Shown here: piece by piece, positions 26,240-38,792 of the stretch
How positions within the stretch are numbered: position 1 is the stretch's first letter
How the letters are laid out: every line of letters begins with the position of its first letter
Source: Octopus bimaculoides
Taxonomy: Eukaryota
Direction of reading: 5' to 3'
DNA length: 64,000 nucleotides
Assembly: GCF_001194135.2 (NCBI RefSeq)
Contig: NC_068996.1
Location: forward strand, 52,428,865 to 52,492,864
Made by a program: the position numbers and the translations under genes
Notes under the pieces: model-generated
The model's input: only the letters and a program-made list of their open reading frames with translations
Databases searched by the model: none
Told to the model about the DNA's origin: nothing

Positions 26240-28978
26240 GTAAGGATTACTGTTTTTATGTTTCAACAGTCACTTTTATGAATGTCATAATTACATATGT
26301 TGGACAAGAAGTTATTATGACCTGATGATCATTTCACTGTTAGGCCAAACACTGCCAACAGTTAATCCTAACTATAAAAATACAATGCTGCTTACCTCAA
26401 TCAATCTGTTTGAACTAGATTCACTCTCCAGCTTCACTTAGTAAGTTTAGCTATAAAACAAGCACAACTTGCCTGAAACAATTTAATAATTGATATTGTA
26501 AAAGAATAAGGTATACCTTAATTTATGTCACTTTGAGCTACATTTTTTTTTTTTGGTTTTACATTGTGTTCTTAAAGAAATTAATGGAAAAAAAAAAAAC
26601 TTTGACTTTGGTTGATGTGTCCAATTTTATGTCAGTCTCAACAACCATATTTAAAAGCATAATATTAAAAAAAAAACAGTTAAAAACCAATACTGATGTG
26701 GAAAATCAAATAAAATACATGTGAATATATATACAAATCATTTATTAAAACAGATGTAAGGTAATAAAATTTTTAAAAGGTTTTTTTCATGTTATGTCAT
26801 TTCCAAGTTAAGTTGCATGTCTTGGGACTAATTACTAGTATAAGTTGAGGTATGTGTGTATTGGACTATAAAAATAACTGCTCCAACAATTCTTGTGTCA
26901 AATATTTAAATTTGAAGTTATGCTCAGTGGTCACATGTGAAAACAGTTGACAACTCACCAATAATTTAGTGAAGATATTGGGCTACTGTTAAAGATGAGG
27001 CATGAAAGTATTTTAATGATTTACAGAAACTGTAAAAGAGAAGCAAAAATGGCAGTTTCTTATCTAATAAATACCTGAGAGAATGTCTCACATAGACATG
27101 CTGTGCTTAAAAGTACAAAATATATGGGGAGGAGGCAAAAATTGTCTTACAGTGGCTGATGAGACTGCAAGATGCATTTCAGCCACATTAGGCTTTGTTA
27201 GTAGTGTTTACTTACTGCCAACCACATTCTAAAAAGAAATATGTATTCACCGATAAGTATAAAAACAGTGAATAAACATTCACTGATGTTGCAGATAGCC
27301 ATCTTATAAGCAACAGAATAAATATCTTATATGTAACAGAAGCAGTATTAGATTAAAATAGCCATTTGTGTATCATATTTAATGTTATTCATTATGATAA
27401 GCAAATTTACTGCGATACTCCAGAAATGATATCTTAAATGAATGTGCTGGGTTTAAATACATCAGTGAATGTTTATTCATTGTTTCCCTATTTTGGTGAT
27501 GATGGATTTCATCTTAGCATGTAGTTGGCTCTAAGTACATGCTAATGACAAAACACAGATAGGCAGAAATGCATCTAGCATTCTCATTGGCGACTGCTAG
27601 GATAACTTTCATCTCCCTCTGATATATAAATTGCGTCTTTAAACACAGTACAACCTTAAGAGATGTTATGTGAGGGCAAATACTGCAGTAAATTTACCTT
27701 TTATGAGATATTGACATTAAGTATGATACACAAATGACTATTTTAATCTTAAATTGCTTCTGTTCCATATAACGAACTTACAAATACATATATATATATA
27801 AATGTCAGTGTTCCATGCTGGTATGCATTAGACTGTTTGGCAAGTTCCAACAGGCCAAGGGACCATATCATGCTCCAATGTCCACTTGAACATCATTTTT
27901 GTACCTGGATGACCTTTCTAACTCCACCCACTTTACAGCTTGTGCTGGGTACTTTATTTTTCATTGCACCAGCACTAATGAGACTACCATGCAGTAGCCT
28001 GCAAGACCAAGATTCCCTTTGATTGAGTGGAGCTACAGCTGAGAGGAAGGCAGCTTTATGCTAGATGTGGGGTTAAAGTATGACAGAAGGGGCCTATATC
28101 CAGGCAATGCAACCTCACAGGCGCATGAGGAAAGAGAAAAAGTCCTCAATGCCCACATGATGATGTGGACAATTGTTCTTAGACCCCAGAAGCGCACAGC
28201 CAACAACTTCCAAGCCTGGAACAATGATATCCCGACGCTGTATGGGCTCCGTAAGGACCACAAAGTAACAACTAATCCTGTAGTGGGACCACCAACTAAC
28301 CCCACTATACTATGTAGTCAACAAAATCAAAAACAAACAATGCATGAAATTAAAAATATAAAATGGTAACAATTTACCCATCGCNNNNNNNNNNNNNNNN
28401 NNNNNNNNNNNNNNNNNNNNNNNNNNNNNNNNNNNNNNNNNNNNNNNNNNNNNNNNNNNNNNNNNNNNNNNNNNNNNNNNNNNNNNNNNNNNNNNNNNNN
28501 NNNNNNNNNNNNNNNNNNNNNNNNNNNNNNNNNNNNNNNNNNNCGTTCCAATTAGAATGTTTAATAATTGAATGTTGTGAGTTCAAATCAGTTTTTTTTT
28601 TTTTTCAACATTTGTCTATTCATTAGCAAAGTTGTCGTCGTCGTCGTTTAACGTCCGCTTTCCATGCTAGCATGGGTTGGACGATTTGACTGAGGACTGG
28701 TGAAACCAGATGGCTACACCAGGCTCCAATCTGATTTGGCAGAGGTTCTACAGCTGGATGCCCTTCCTAACGCCAACCACTCAGAGAGTGTAGTGGGTGC
28801 TTTTACGTGTCACCGGCATGAAGGCCAGTCAGGCGGTACTGGCAACAGCCACGCTCATATAAAAAATAATTTTTTGTTTTAATCTTGGAATTCAACAGCT
28901 TTGATTTACTGTCAGGTGACTTTTGGCCAACCTTGTATATAGTGGAATAAATATTTACTTTTGAATTATTATTTTCAG

Positions 28979-29476
28979 ATATGGGAAAGAAATACTGGAG
29001 GTGCAATTTTTTCCTCTCCAATTTGTATTCCACCTTCCAAAAACGATGGCCAAGAAATTATCATATGTGGATCACATAGTCATTATGTGTTTTGTTTTAC
29101 AATTGATGGAGAACTTTGTTGGAAAACAAATGTACATTCTAGAATCTATGCAAGACCCTCAATCCTGAAGAATCTACATTTATTAACTTTTAATTCTAAG
29201 AAGCCTTTGAATTTACCTGTAAAAAGACATTATCAATCATCAGTTCTTAGTGATGAAAATAATGAAAAGTCACAGAAATTAAATACCTGTAGTGAGGATT
29301 TTAGTACTATCTTCTCAACTGATGGTAATTTGCATATTATTTGCATATCATGTGGTTGTGTATTGGGTGATTTCACTTTACCAGGAGAAGTGTTTTCTTC
29401 ACCTCTTATTCTAGAGACAAACATTATTGTTGGATGCCGAGATGACTGTATTTATTGCTTAACAGTTACTGAATAA
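28979..29476 (+). CDS. AASDH: AASDH terminal coding exon (IWERNTGGAIFSSP...LPGEVFSSPLILETNIIVGCRDDCIYCLTVTE*)
   Basis: attattttcag|ATA; open to TAA at 29474-29476 (ORF 28961-29476). The C-terminus LPGEVFSSP..IIVGCRD matches recalled AASDH LPGEVFSSPVVLESMLIIGCRDNYVYCL. Confidence 0.95.
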   Translation: MWERNTGGAIFSSPICIPPSKNDGQEIIICGSHSHYVFCFTIDGELCWKTNVHSRIYARPSILKNLHLLTFNSKKPLNLPVKRHYQSSVLSDENNEKSQKLNTCSEDFSTIFSTDGNLHIICISCGCVLGDFTLPGEVFSSPLILETNIIVGCRDDCIYCLTVTE

Positions 29477-29554
29477 TAGTTTACCCCTCAACAAAAAAAT
29501 GAAATTGTAAATATATGTATATGTATATGTATATATATATATGTTTGTATTGTT

Positions 29555-29560
29555 AATAAA
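29555..29560 (+). terminator. Probable polyadenylation signal of AASDH
   Basis: AATAAA about 80 nt after the stop, followed by a T/GT-rich tract (ctctttttgtttgg). Confidence 0.55.
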
Positions 29561-29659
29561 GTTTACCTCTTTTTGTTTGGAATGTTTTCTCTCACAATTT
29601 TCTGTTTTAGTTTTTTCTTTTTTTTAAAGTTGTTCTTGTTATTGTTACTACTACTACTG

Positions 29660-30045
29660 TGGAGGCGCAATGGCCCAGTGGTCAGAGCAGCGGACTCATG
29701 GTCATAGGATCGCGGTTTCGATTCCCTGACCGGGCATTGTGAGTGTTTATTGAGCGAACACACCTAAAGCTCCACAAGGCTCCTGCAGGGGATGGTGGCG
29801 AACCCTGCTGTACTCTTTCACCACAACTTTCTCTCACTCTTACTTCCTGTTTCTGTTGTGCCTGTATTTCAAAGGGTCAGCCTTGTCACACTGTGTCACG
29901 CTGAATATCCCTGTGAACTACGTTAAGAGTACACGTGTCTGTGGAGTGCTCAGCTACTTGCACGTTAATTTCACGAGCAGGCTGTTCCGTTGATCGGATC
30001 AACTGGAACCCTCGACGTTGTAAGTGACGGAGTGCCAACAACAAC
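29660..30045 (+). mobile_element. tRNA-derived SINE family B, full-length
   Basis: Head ggaggcgcaatggcccagtggtcag...ggtttcgattccc (A/B boxes), (AAC)n tail. Near-identical copy at 62234-62622; degraded copy at 9757-10050; related heads at 1475-1720 and 32370-32625. Confidence 0.85.
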
Positions 30046-30103
30046 AACTACTACTACTATGACTACTACTTCTACTGATGATGGCAGCGGCGACAGCAGC
30101 AGC

Positions 30104-30134
<31 letters not shown>

Positions 30135-30429
30135 TGTGGCATGTTGTTTTCAAAACAGAACAAATAATCTGTTTCATCAAATTATAGCTACATATTCAAG
30201 AAAGAAAACTAAATAAAAGAATCACACAAATTGGAAATAAAATACACTGCATTCTGCCTTTGAATATATCTATATACAAGTTTCTGCGTCTGGATACTGG
30301 CCTGAAGAAGTGAGTCCTCGCTCCCATCAATATATATACAACTGACCCTTTAGCATTCAGTTTAGTTTGTCAAAAGTAATGCTTATTAAGTCACTTTATT
30401 TTAACTTAATCGCACATTATCTCATAACT

Positions 30430-30795
30430 CTTTTACTTGTTTCAGTCCTTTGACTGCGGCCATGCTGGAGCACCGCCTTTAGTTAAGCAAAAGGACTTAT
30501 TCTTTGTAAGCCTAGTACTTATTCTATCGGTCTCTTTTGCCGAACTGCTAAGTTATGGGTACGTAAACACACCAGCATCGGTTGTCAAGTGATGTTGGGG
30601 GGACAAACACAGACACACATACATATATATATATACGACAGGCTTCTTTCAGTTTCCGTCTACCAAATCCACTCACAAGGCTTTGGTTGGCCCAAGGCTA
30701 TAGTAGAAGGCACTTGCCCAAGGTGCCACGCAGTGGGACTGAACCCAGAACCATGTGGTTTGTAAGCAAGCTACTTACCACACAGCCACTCCTAC
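30430..30795 (-). mobile_element. SINE family A copy inserted into a TTAA-MITE
   Basis: Reverse complement of 10918-11300; flanked by the two halves of the MITE at 30346-30937. Confidence 0.85.
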
Positions 30796-31012
30796 ACCTT
30801 CAAGATTTTTATGATCTGATTGCTTATGTTTGATATAGCATTGTAGGGTAGATGTGAGAGTTTAAATCTCAGTTTGAACATAAAACTTATAAAATATTTG
30901 GGCTGGATATGGATGGTTTAAATACTAAGAGAGTTAAATCATATCTTTGCCTTCTAATCCTAAAGAAACCTATTCTTCTTCAGGTCTAACCATAACCAAT
31001 TCCTTAAAAAAA

Positions 31013-31420
31013 AGGCGCAGGAGTGGCTGTGTGTTAAGTAGCTTGCTTACCAACCACATGGTTCGGTTCATTTCCACTGTGTGGCACCTTGGGCAAGTGT
31101 CTTCTACTATAGCCTCAGGCCAACCAAAGCCTTGTGAGTGGATTTGGTATACAGAAACTGAAAGAAGCCTGTCGTATATATGTATATGTATATATTATAT
31201 GTGTGTTTGTGATTCTGTGTTTGCCCCCCCCCCCCCAGCATCGCTTGATAACCGATGGTGGTGTGTTTATGTCCCCATAACTTAGCGGTTTGGCAAAAGA
31301 GATCAATAGAATAAGTACTAGGCTTACAAAAAATAAGTCCTGGGGTCGATTTGCTTGACTAAAAGGTGGTACTCCAGCATGGCCACAGTCAAATGACTGA
31401 AACAAGTAAAAATAAATAAA
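31013..31420 (+). mobile_element. SINE family A copy
   Basis: Colinear with 10918-11300 from the ggcgcaggagtggctg head to the gaaacaagtaaa tail. Confidence 0.85.
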
Positions 31421-32834
31421 TAAAAGAGAGACAATAAAAAAATATCATCATTAGGTTCTTTATTTGTTGACCCACAAGGAACTAAAAAGTTGAATGCAGA
31501 GGGCAAAGGACTGCAAGGCATTTTATTTAACCTTTAGCATTCAGATTACTTTGTCAAATGTAATACTTAATAAGTATTACATTTGACAGCACCCACTACA
31601 CTCTCAGAGTGGTTGGCGTTAGGAAGGGCATCCAGCTGTAGAAACTCTGCCAGATCAGAATGGAGCCTGGTGCAGCCATCTGGTCCACCAGTCCTCAATC
31701 AAATCGTTCAACCCATGCTAGCATGGAAAGCGGACATTAAACGACGATGATGTTTCCAATTAACTGTGCATTATCTTGAAGCTTTGAGATTTCAAAGATG
31801 GGATTGTTTATTTTTAGAATGACATTGTAGGGTAAGTGTGAGAGGCTGAATCTGGTTAGTTTAAACATAAAACAGGTAAAATATTTAGGCCAAATATGGC
31901 TGGATAAAATGCTAAGGGGTTAAAACTCTGATGAATCCACCAGTTCAGTTATGTGTGTGTGGGTATTATACAATCACACACACAATGTGTATGTATATGT
32001 GGCGGGAGGGAGAGAGAGAGGGATAACTTTGTTGAAAGAAAGAATACTCTCTTGGCTGATAGAAGCTAAAGTCAATGAAATAAACTATTTACTTAGAGTA
32101 ATGTTTGTAAGAAAGAGAGAACATGTGTACAGGTGTGTTTATGACAGACTAAAAGATACTATTGACAGAATTGTTAGCATGTCAGGCAAAATGCTTAGTG
32201 GTATTTCATCCATCTATACATTCTGAGTTCAAATTCCACTAGTGTCAACTTTGCCTTTCACCCTCCTGGGCTCAATAGAATAAATACCAGTTGAACACTT
32301 GAGTAGATGTAATTGATTTACTCCCTCCCACAAAACTGCTGGTCTTGTGCCAAAATTTGAAACTATTACGACCTAGTGTTTTACTTATGATTGTGAGATC
32401 ATGGTTTCAATTCCTAGACCAGGCGTTATGTTGTGTTCTTGAGCAATACACTTCATTTCACACTGCTCTGCAATCACTTTGACACCTGACATGTGACACA
32501 CTTGTGTATCTGTCCAATCAATGTTGATTTGATGAAGAAGAGAGTGAACTGATGTACAACACATACATTTGAATACTATAAACGCATCATTTGTGCAGGT
32601 TGTTTGGCAAAAGATGAACATTTATACATCGTCTTCACCAAGAAAGTCCATTATTATTATTATTATTATTGTGCAGTAGTTTTATTTTTATAATGTGCTT
32701 TCACTTCACTACCGAGCGCAGCTCTGTGTGCCTTGGGTATGTGCTGTGGTTTGCTGTGATGCAATGGGATCGACTGTCCCCCTCCTCACAAAATTCAGGC
32801 CTTGTGCCCGTAGTAGAAAGGATTATTATTAATA

Positions 32835-33290
32835 AGGCAGTGAGCTAGCAGAATCGTTAGCGTACAGGATGAAATACTAAGTGGTATTTTGCCCATCGCT
32901 ACATTCTGAGTTCAAATTCCACCAAGATTGACTTTGCCTTTCATCCTTTCAGGGTCGATAAGATAAGTACCAGTTGAACACTGTGATCAATGTAATCGAC
33001 TCATCCCCTCCCTCAAAGCTGCTGCCCTTGTGGAAAAATTTTAAACCATTAAAGGCGGTGAGCTGGCAGAATCATTAGCATGCTGGACAAAATGCTTAGC
33101 AGTATCTCACCTGTCTCTATGTTCTGAGTTCAAATTCAGCTGAGGGCGACTTTGCCTTTTATCCTTTTGGGTTGATAAAATGGGTACAAGCTGAGCACTA
33201 GGGTCGATGTAATTGACTAGCCTCTCCCCGCGACCAAATTTCAGGCCTTGTGCCGATAGAAGAAAGGATTATTATTATTATTATTGTTCA
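32835..33290 (+). mobile_element. Tandem copies of tRNA-derived SINE family C (gagctggcagaatcgttagc...gttcaaattcc...ttgcctttcatccttt)
   Basis: A/B boxes and (ATT)n tails. The middle segment ctttgcctttcatcctttcggggtcgataaa resembles the Deu/Nin conserved SINE domain as I recall it. Other copies: 13395-13590(-), 19553-19790(-), 32180-32370, 51240-51460, 57895-58900. Confidence 0.75.
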
Positions 33291-33299
33291 GTAGTTTTA

Positions 33300-33499
33300 T
33301 TTTTATAACGTGCTTTCACTTCACTACCGAGCGCAGCTCTGTGCGCCTTGGGTATGTGCTGTGGTTTGCTGTGAGGCTCTTATGGTTACTGTATTGAAAG
33401 TGTTTTGTGTAGGATGTGTGCAGTGCCCAGTAGTGCAATTTTCTGTATGTTATATGTATTTGTAAGTCCTGGTGTTTTTGTTATGTATTTGTCTGAATA

Positions 33500-33505
<6 letters not shown>
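33300..33505 (-). mobile_element. 3' tail of R4/Dong-like element (partial second copy at ~32690-32770)
   Basis: Minus ORF ends IQKIALLGTAHILHKTLSIQ*, like the typical RLE-LINE C-terminus QKxALLGTAHILRKVL. Confidence 0.65.
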
Positions 33506-33548
<43 letters not shown>

Positions 33549-33849
33549 GTGTTTCTGTTTGCTTGGAATGACAAAATTATGTTTTACTCATATTTAGAAA
33601 TAAAAATGGTGGATTTTTCTAATAACTGGATAATTATAATTTTTCCTGTACATAAATAATCATTTCTGTGCTGTGTCTTGTGGACTTATTTTAGAAAGAT
33701 GGGAGGAATCTGTTTTTAATTTTTCTCCTTATTGTCTGGAAATAAAAAAAAGAGACAGTTTTTGTTTAACATTCAATCCAAAATGATAAGACATGAAGGC
33801 AATCCTCACTCAAAGAATAACTTCAGCAAAGGGGACCAAATACAGAAAC

Positions 33850-34990
33850 TGTCAGCCCAAGCTAGCTGGACAGCAGTGTGGTTTCCATCCTGAACACAGC
33901 GCAACTGACCAGATGTTCACTCTGTTGCAGGTCTTAGAGAAATTATAAGAATACTGCCAAGAAGTGTACACTTGCTTTTTAGACCTCAAAATAGCATATA
34001 ACTGCATGTTGTGAAGAGTTTTACAGAAATTTGGGATTACTAGGCAACCTTTGGTTGCTATGAAGCCCCTAATATGAATGCCAGGTCTTTTTGTTCTGGT
34101 AAACCATGCTAAATGAAAACCTCCCAATATGGGTGTCATGCTTTGACAGGGGTATTCTCACCTGTCCCTTTTCAAATTTCTATGAACTAGATTGACTTAC
34201 ACAAACCATTGTGGAAATGGTATCACAATCGGTGTATGTAGGATCGGTCGGCTGATATTTAAAGGCGACAAGGTGTTACTTGGTTCATCAGAAGATGATC
34301 TCAAGCATACATTGAATGGGTTCGAGATGCCAAGTGCTGCAAAGCAGGGATGAGAATTAATATTGCAAAGACTAAGACATTGGTCCTCTCAAGAAAGTCT
34401 TCCCAGTGCATTACAGGTATGTTAGTGGAACACTACTAAGACAAGTGGAGAAGTTTCAATATCTTGGAGCCTTATTTATGAGTGATTGAAAGTAGGAGGT
34501 GGAATTGGATGCTAGAATTGTAGGTTCTGGCACAGTTATATACCAGTTCCAGTGTTTGAACCTCAGAAGAGGAGAGGCTCATAAAAAATGCCAAACTTGC
34601 TACCTTCAATTCAGTTTTCATGCCTATCCTCACCAATGGTCATGAATGTTGGACAAATGACCAAAAGAGTAAGACTAAAAATACAATTGCTGAAATGGAG
34701 TTCCTCCAAAGTGTCTCTGAAACAACATTACTTGACAGGATACTTAGAGATCAGGTCATTTTTCCAGATTGAGCTACTAATTCTCTGCATTAAGAAGTCA
34801 CAGCTCCGGTGCTACAGATGTAATTAGAATGTCACAGGAAAGAACTGCAAGATGGATTCTTCACGCCAAGCCAAGTGGCAGGAGACCTAAATGTAGACCA
34901 AGAACAAGATGGTTTGATAATATCCATAGACTTAGTTGGCCACAATTGGAAAGTATAATGATATTTGCTTCTGATAAAATTCCATGGAAT
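33850..34990 (+). mobile_element. Degraded RTE-type LINE RT remnant
   Basis: Broken frames read GFHP..SATDQMFTLLQVLEK..EY..VYTCFLDLK.AY; later segments resemble VEKFQYLG and the RT thumb region. Many stops. Confidence 0.7.
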
Positions 34991-35149
34991 TCTGATAGAA
35001 CTCCATAGAGTCCTATTGGAATTCTATCTCCATGATCCTTCCAAGAATAGTGGACAGAGAAGACAGATGAATTGATGAAACTTATTCAGACATGCAAATG
35101 GAAAAGAATATATTGAAATATTTAGAAAGGAAATATTAAAAAATTTCAA

Positions 35150-35770
35150 GAGAAAAACTAGCACCTTAATTGGAATCAATTAAAAATATATAAATGAAGA
35201 AAATTATGAACTTATTTAGAATTTATATATTAAATTCTAAATATTTATTATATTAAAAGTTTTTAATGGAATAAAGTTTTTAATTGAATATATATTAAAA
35301 GTTTTTAATGGAATAAAGAAAATTAGCATTGTATATAGAATTTAAAGTGTTAAAAATTGAAAAAAAATCAACTTTTTAAAAATTCAAACAGTTAAAACTT
35401 TCTGTTATAATTTACTGTTAGAAATTACTTGTAAAATTTATGAGATTTTTAAGAATTTAGAGTGTTAAAATTTAAATACAAATAAAATTTATCAACTTAT
35501 TTAGAATTTAAATGTTAAAAAGTTTATTAGAATTAAAAAAATAATGAACGTTTTAGAAATCAGCTTATTTAGATTTTAAAAGGGTTAAAAATCCAAATGA
35601 ATAAAAAATATAAAATTATTTAGAATTTAATGTGATAAAAGTTTCAATGAAAAATGATCAATTAGTTTAGAATTTAAAATGTTAACAATTTTAAACAGAA
35701 TAAAACTTCAACTTCTTTGGAATTTAACATGTTAGAAATTTGTTTTATGATTAAGTTTAGATACAAACAA
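35150..35770. repeat. Very AT-rich degenerate tandem repeat (tatttagaatttaaa..tgttaaaa), period roughly 50-60 bp
   Basis: The motif recurs about 10 times in very AT-rich sequence. Confidence 0.55.
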
Positions 35771-36229
35771 AATAGTCTAGAAACTACTAGGCTATTTAAA
35801 TTGGTAGAATTCAGATGTTTGGATAATTGCATTTCTCAGCACAATTTTACATTCACGTAACAGAGTTTTCTGCAGCTATACTTTAAAAAAAATTTAATAG
35901 TTTCAGTCATGAGGAAAGGTCTGCCTCATGACCTTTACCAAATCCTCCAAGAATGGTAAGACTGGTGCAGTTTATTTTCAGCTTAAATAGTTGTAAGTTG
36001 ATACCTGTAGGAATAAAAAAAACATGGGTGAGAGTGCTGATGTTTTATGGCAGAACTGGGGAAGTGTTTTGTGCAAAGTAGGAAGATGGTAAATAGAAAA
36101 TGAGTGAATGCAATGTGGTGAAGTGTGTTGGGAGGGGTTTGGGTGGAAGGAATATGAAAGTGTGAAGAATAGAGATCCTTGTAGTTGTGTTAGAAAAATC
36201 AGAATGACAAGACAGAACAGCTGTGGGTC

Positions 36230-36800
36230 TAGGACTAGGGTTAGAGTAAAATGGTGAGTGAGTCCTTGCTAATCAACTGGATGGCCTTCATTTAGATGCT
36301 ACCTGGGATATTTGCTTGTGTAGCAGTAATACTATTCCAAATATGGGAGCAGTTTTCCATTGTGGGTCTTGGTTGATCTTTGTAAAGAAACAAGACCTGT
36401 TTGGAAACTGAATTGACTTCTGCTTTTTGAAGAGGAAGCTCATTGATGATTAGGAAGTGACTGGATAATCCAAACATGCAGAGTCAGTGATGGATTAACT
36501 GATTTTGGAGATGAGGAAGTGCTCTCAGATATTTGGTCTTTATATCAGTTAGGGATGTGGGTAGAGGATCCAAATTACTGCAGAGTGTTGAAGATTGCAA
36601 AAGATTCCTCTTCTGCACCAACTGCATCAATGTGGAAGGAATGAAAGAGCCAAGAAGAGTTGAAATCACCAAAGACAATGATTTCAAAGAGAGGTAATAT
36701 GTGGTGGATGCCCTTAATGCAGTAGGACAAAAGACAAACAGTTTTTGGTTGCTAGAGAAGTGAGAGAGATGGAGAGGAAGCTGTGACTTTTCATGAGATT
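36230..36800 (-). mobile_element. CR1/L2-like LINE RT C-terminal remnant
   Basis: Minus ORF 36292-36477 LFLYKDQPRPTMENCSHIW resembles the LYKAQVRPxMEYCSHxW motif; heavily decayed. Confidence 0.55.
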
Positions 36801-37370
36801 AACTGAAAGTCCTTAGAGAAAGTAGAGTTTATATATATACAGACACCACCTTTCAGAATGTAGTCTGGGCAGTAGAGATGGGCTATTAGTAAGGGCAGAA
36901 CAGCTCATGTGGTTTGCACTATTGTTATTTAACACTGAATCAGTTTTGCCTGAACAGATTTCTAATCTGCTCAATCATGACCACGTCTTGTTTTCAAGAT
37001 TTTTTTCTAGGATTGCGTCTTTCTTCTCTTAAACAGTAGAATGTGATTTGAGGGCTATTTGGCTAATATTTCAAGGCAATCCAGCAACTACATAAAGGTG
37101 TATGGGTGCCATATCTAAGGTAGCAGCTGTAGTGAGGTTGTCTTATTGGACTCAGGGGTAAGTGATCCCTGATGAATCTATGAAAGGCAAAACTAGTTAG
37201 ACGACCTTCACTTTTAATTGCTTAATTTCCTGTGGTTTATCCACAGGTTATTTTCTCACAAGTGAAACAAATGATTACAGGTAAGTTCACCGTGATGAAA
37301 GTTTACCAAGAAAATATATCCATAATACCTCACCATTAATAGTTAAAAACTATTTTATTGAGAAAAGGAA

Positions 37371-37450
37371 TGGTGAATTGATGACAATGAATTTTCCTTG
37401 TGGTAAACTGATGACGGTGAACTTTCCCTGTGGTGAATTGATGACAATGA
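37371..37450. repeat. 30-bp tandem repeat x2.7 (tggtgaattgatgacaatgaattttccttg)
   Basis: Units at 37371-37400, 37401-37430 and 37431-37450. Confidence 0.85.
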
Positions 37451-37528
37451 CCATATCAGACATGGAAGCAAATATATATTTGTTAAACATATTGCATAGG
37501 ATTTCCATATTTATTTTTTATAATTACT

Positions 37529-38792
37529 TTGAGGGTCAGCTGAAAAGTTCACAGGCTGACCGAGATACTCACATGGAATGTGACCGAATGAGATTTATTT
37601 TTCAACATTGTCCCCCTTGTGTTCACACACAGCTTCCATCACTGTTGCAGTACTTGCATCCCATTGGTGAAGAAGCCTTCATCCTGTTGGTCAAAAACAG
37701 TCATCAACAGTAGATATGACATTATCATCATCACTGCGATATTTGTTCCCAGCCAAGTGTTTTTTCATGTTGCAGAACAGATGATAGTCAGATGGGGCCA
37801 AATCAAAATAATAAGGGAGGGTGAAAATCAGTTCAAAGCCACAGTCACAAACAGAAGCCACTGAAACCGAAGACTTGCATGCTGGAGTATTGTTCTGATG
37901 GAGTAAGACTCCTTACATCAGTTTTCTTAGGCATTTGGTCTTGATGGTGTTTCATAACTACCTCAGCAACTTGGTATAGTTCTCTCCATTAATGATGTGG
38001 TTCTTTTGAAAGAAGTCAATAAACACAATGCCTTTTGCATCAACAAAAAACTGAGATCATCTTTCCTGCAGATAAATTAATTTGGCCTTTTTTGGAGCAG
38101 GTGAGGAGGGATGTTTCCACTGCATGGATTGTTTCTTTGTCTCTGGCTCAAAGTAATGAAACCAACACTTGTCCTGGCTTAAGAAACATTCAAGGAAATC
38201 AGCTGGATCTGCCCCATGATGTAATCAGCCTGGTGTGCTTTTATCAGGTGTCAGAGGACAGGGCACCCACCCTTTGTCATGCAAAGTTCATTGTGCAGAA
38301 TATTCTCAACTCTTTCATGGGATATGTTCATAGCATTAGCTATTTGATTTATAGTCAATCTCCTGTCGTCCATCATCATGTGGTGAGCACAATCAATGTT
38401 TTCCTCGGTGGAAGGAGTTGCAGTACGTCCAGAACTTGGGCCATATTCAAGATCCTCTGTTCTCCTCCTAAATTCAGCTGCCCACTTTTGAACTGTTGAT
38501 AAAGCTGGAGCATCATCCCCTAATGTAGCAATCACATCAGCATGAATGTCCTTGGGGGCTAAACCCTTTTGCTGCATGCACTTAATAACACTACAATGCC
38601 AGATTCTGTCCATTCTTAAGAGAAATCACTATTAGTTACTTTTGAAGTTTTCTTTGAACAGTTAGATATCAAATTATCTGTAAAGAAACAATGCAGTTAT
38701 TAATAAGAAGAATTGAAATTAATGTATGCAAGATTTCACAGCTCTAGCATCACTCCTTCATAGTCAGCTTATGAACTTTTCAGCCCACCTCA
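37529..38792 (-). mobile_element. Near full-length defective mariner (irritans-like)
   Basis: About 30-bp TIRs (gagggtcagctgaaaagttcacaggctgac / gtcagcttatgaacttttcagcccacctc), TA at right, ~1.26 kb. ORF 38251-38613 VIKCMQQKGLAPKDIHAD..TLGDDAPALSTVQKWAAEFRR..GRTAT. Confidence 0.88.

Noticed and set aside
29660-29735. tRNA-like heads (also 62234 and 10918)
   Set aside because: They continue into multi-copy SINE bodies and lack a full cloverleaf/acceptor stem, so they are not tRNA genes.
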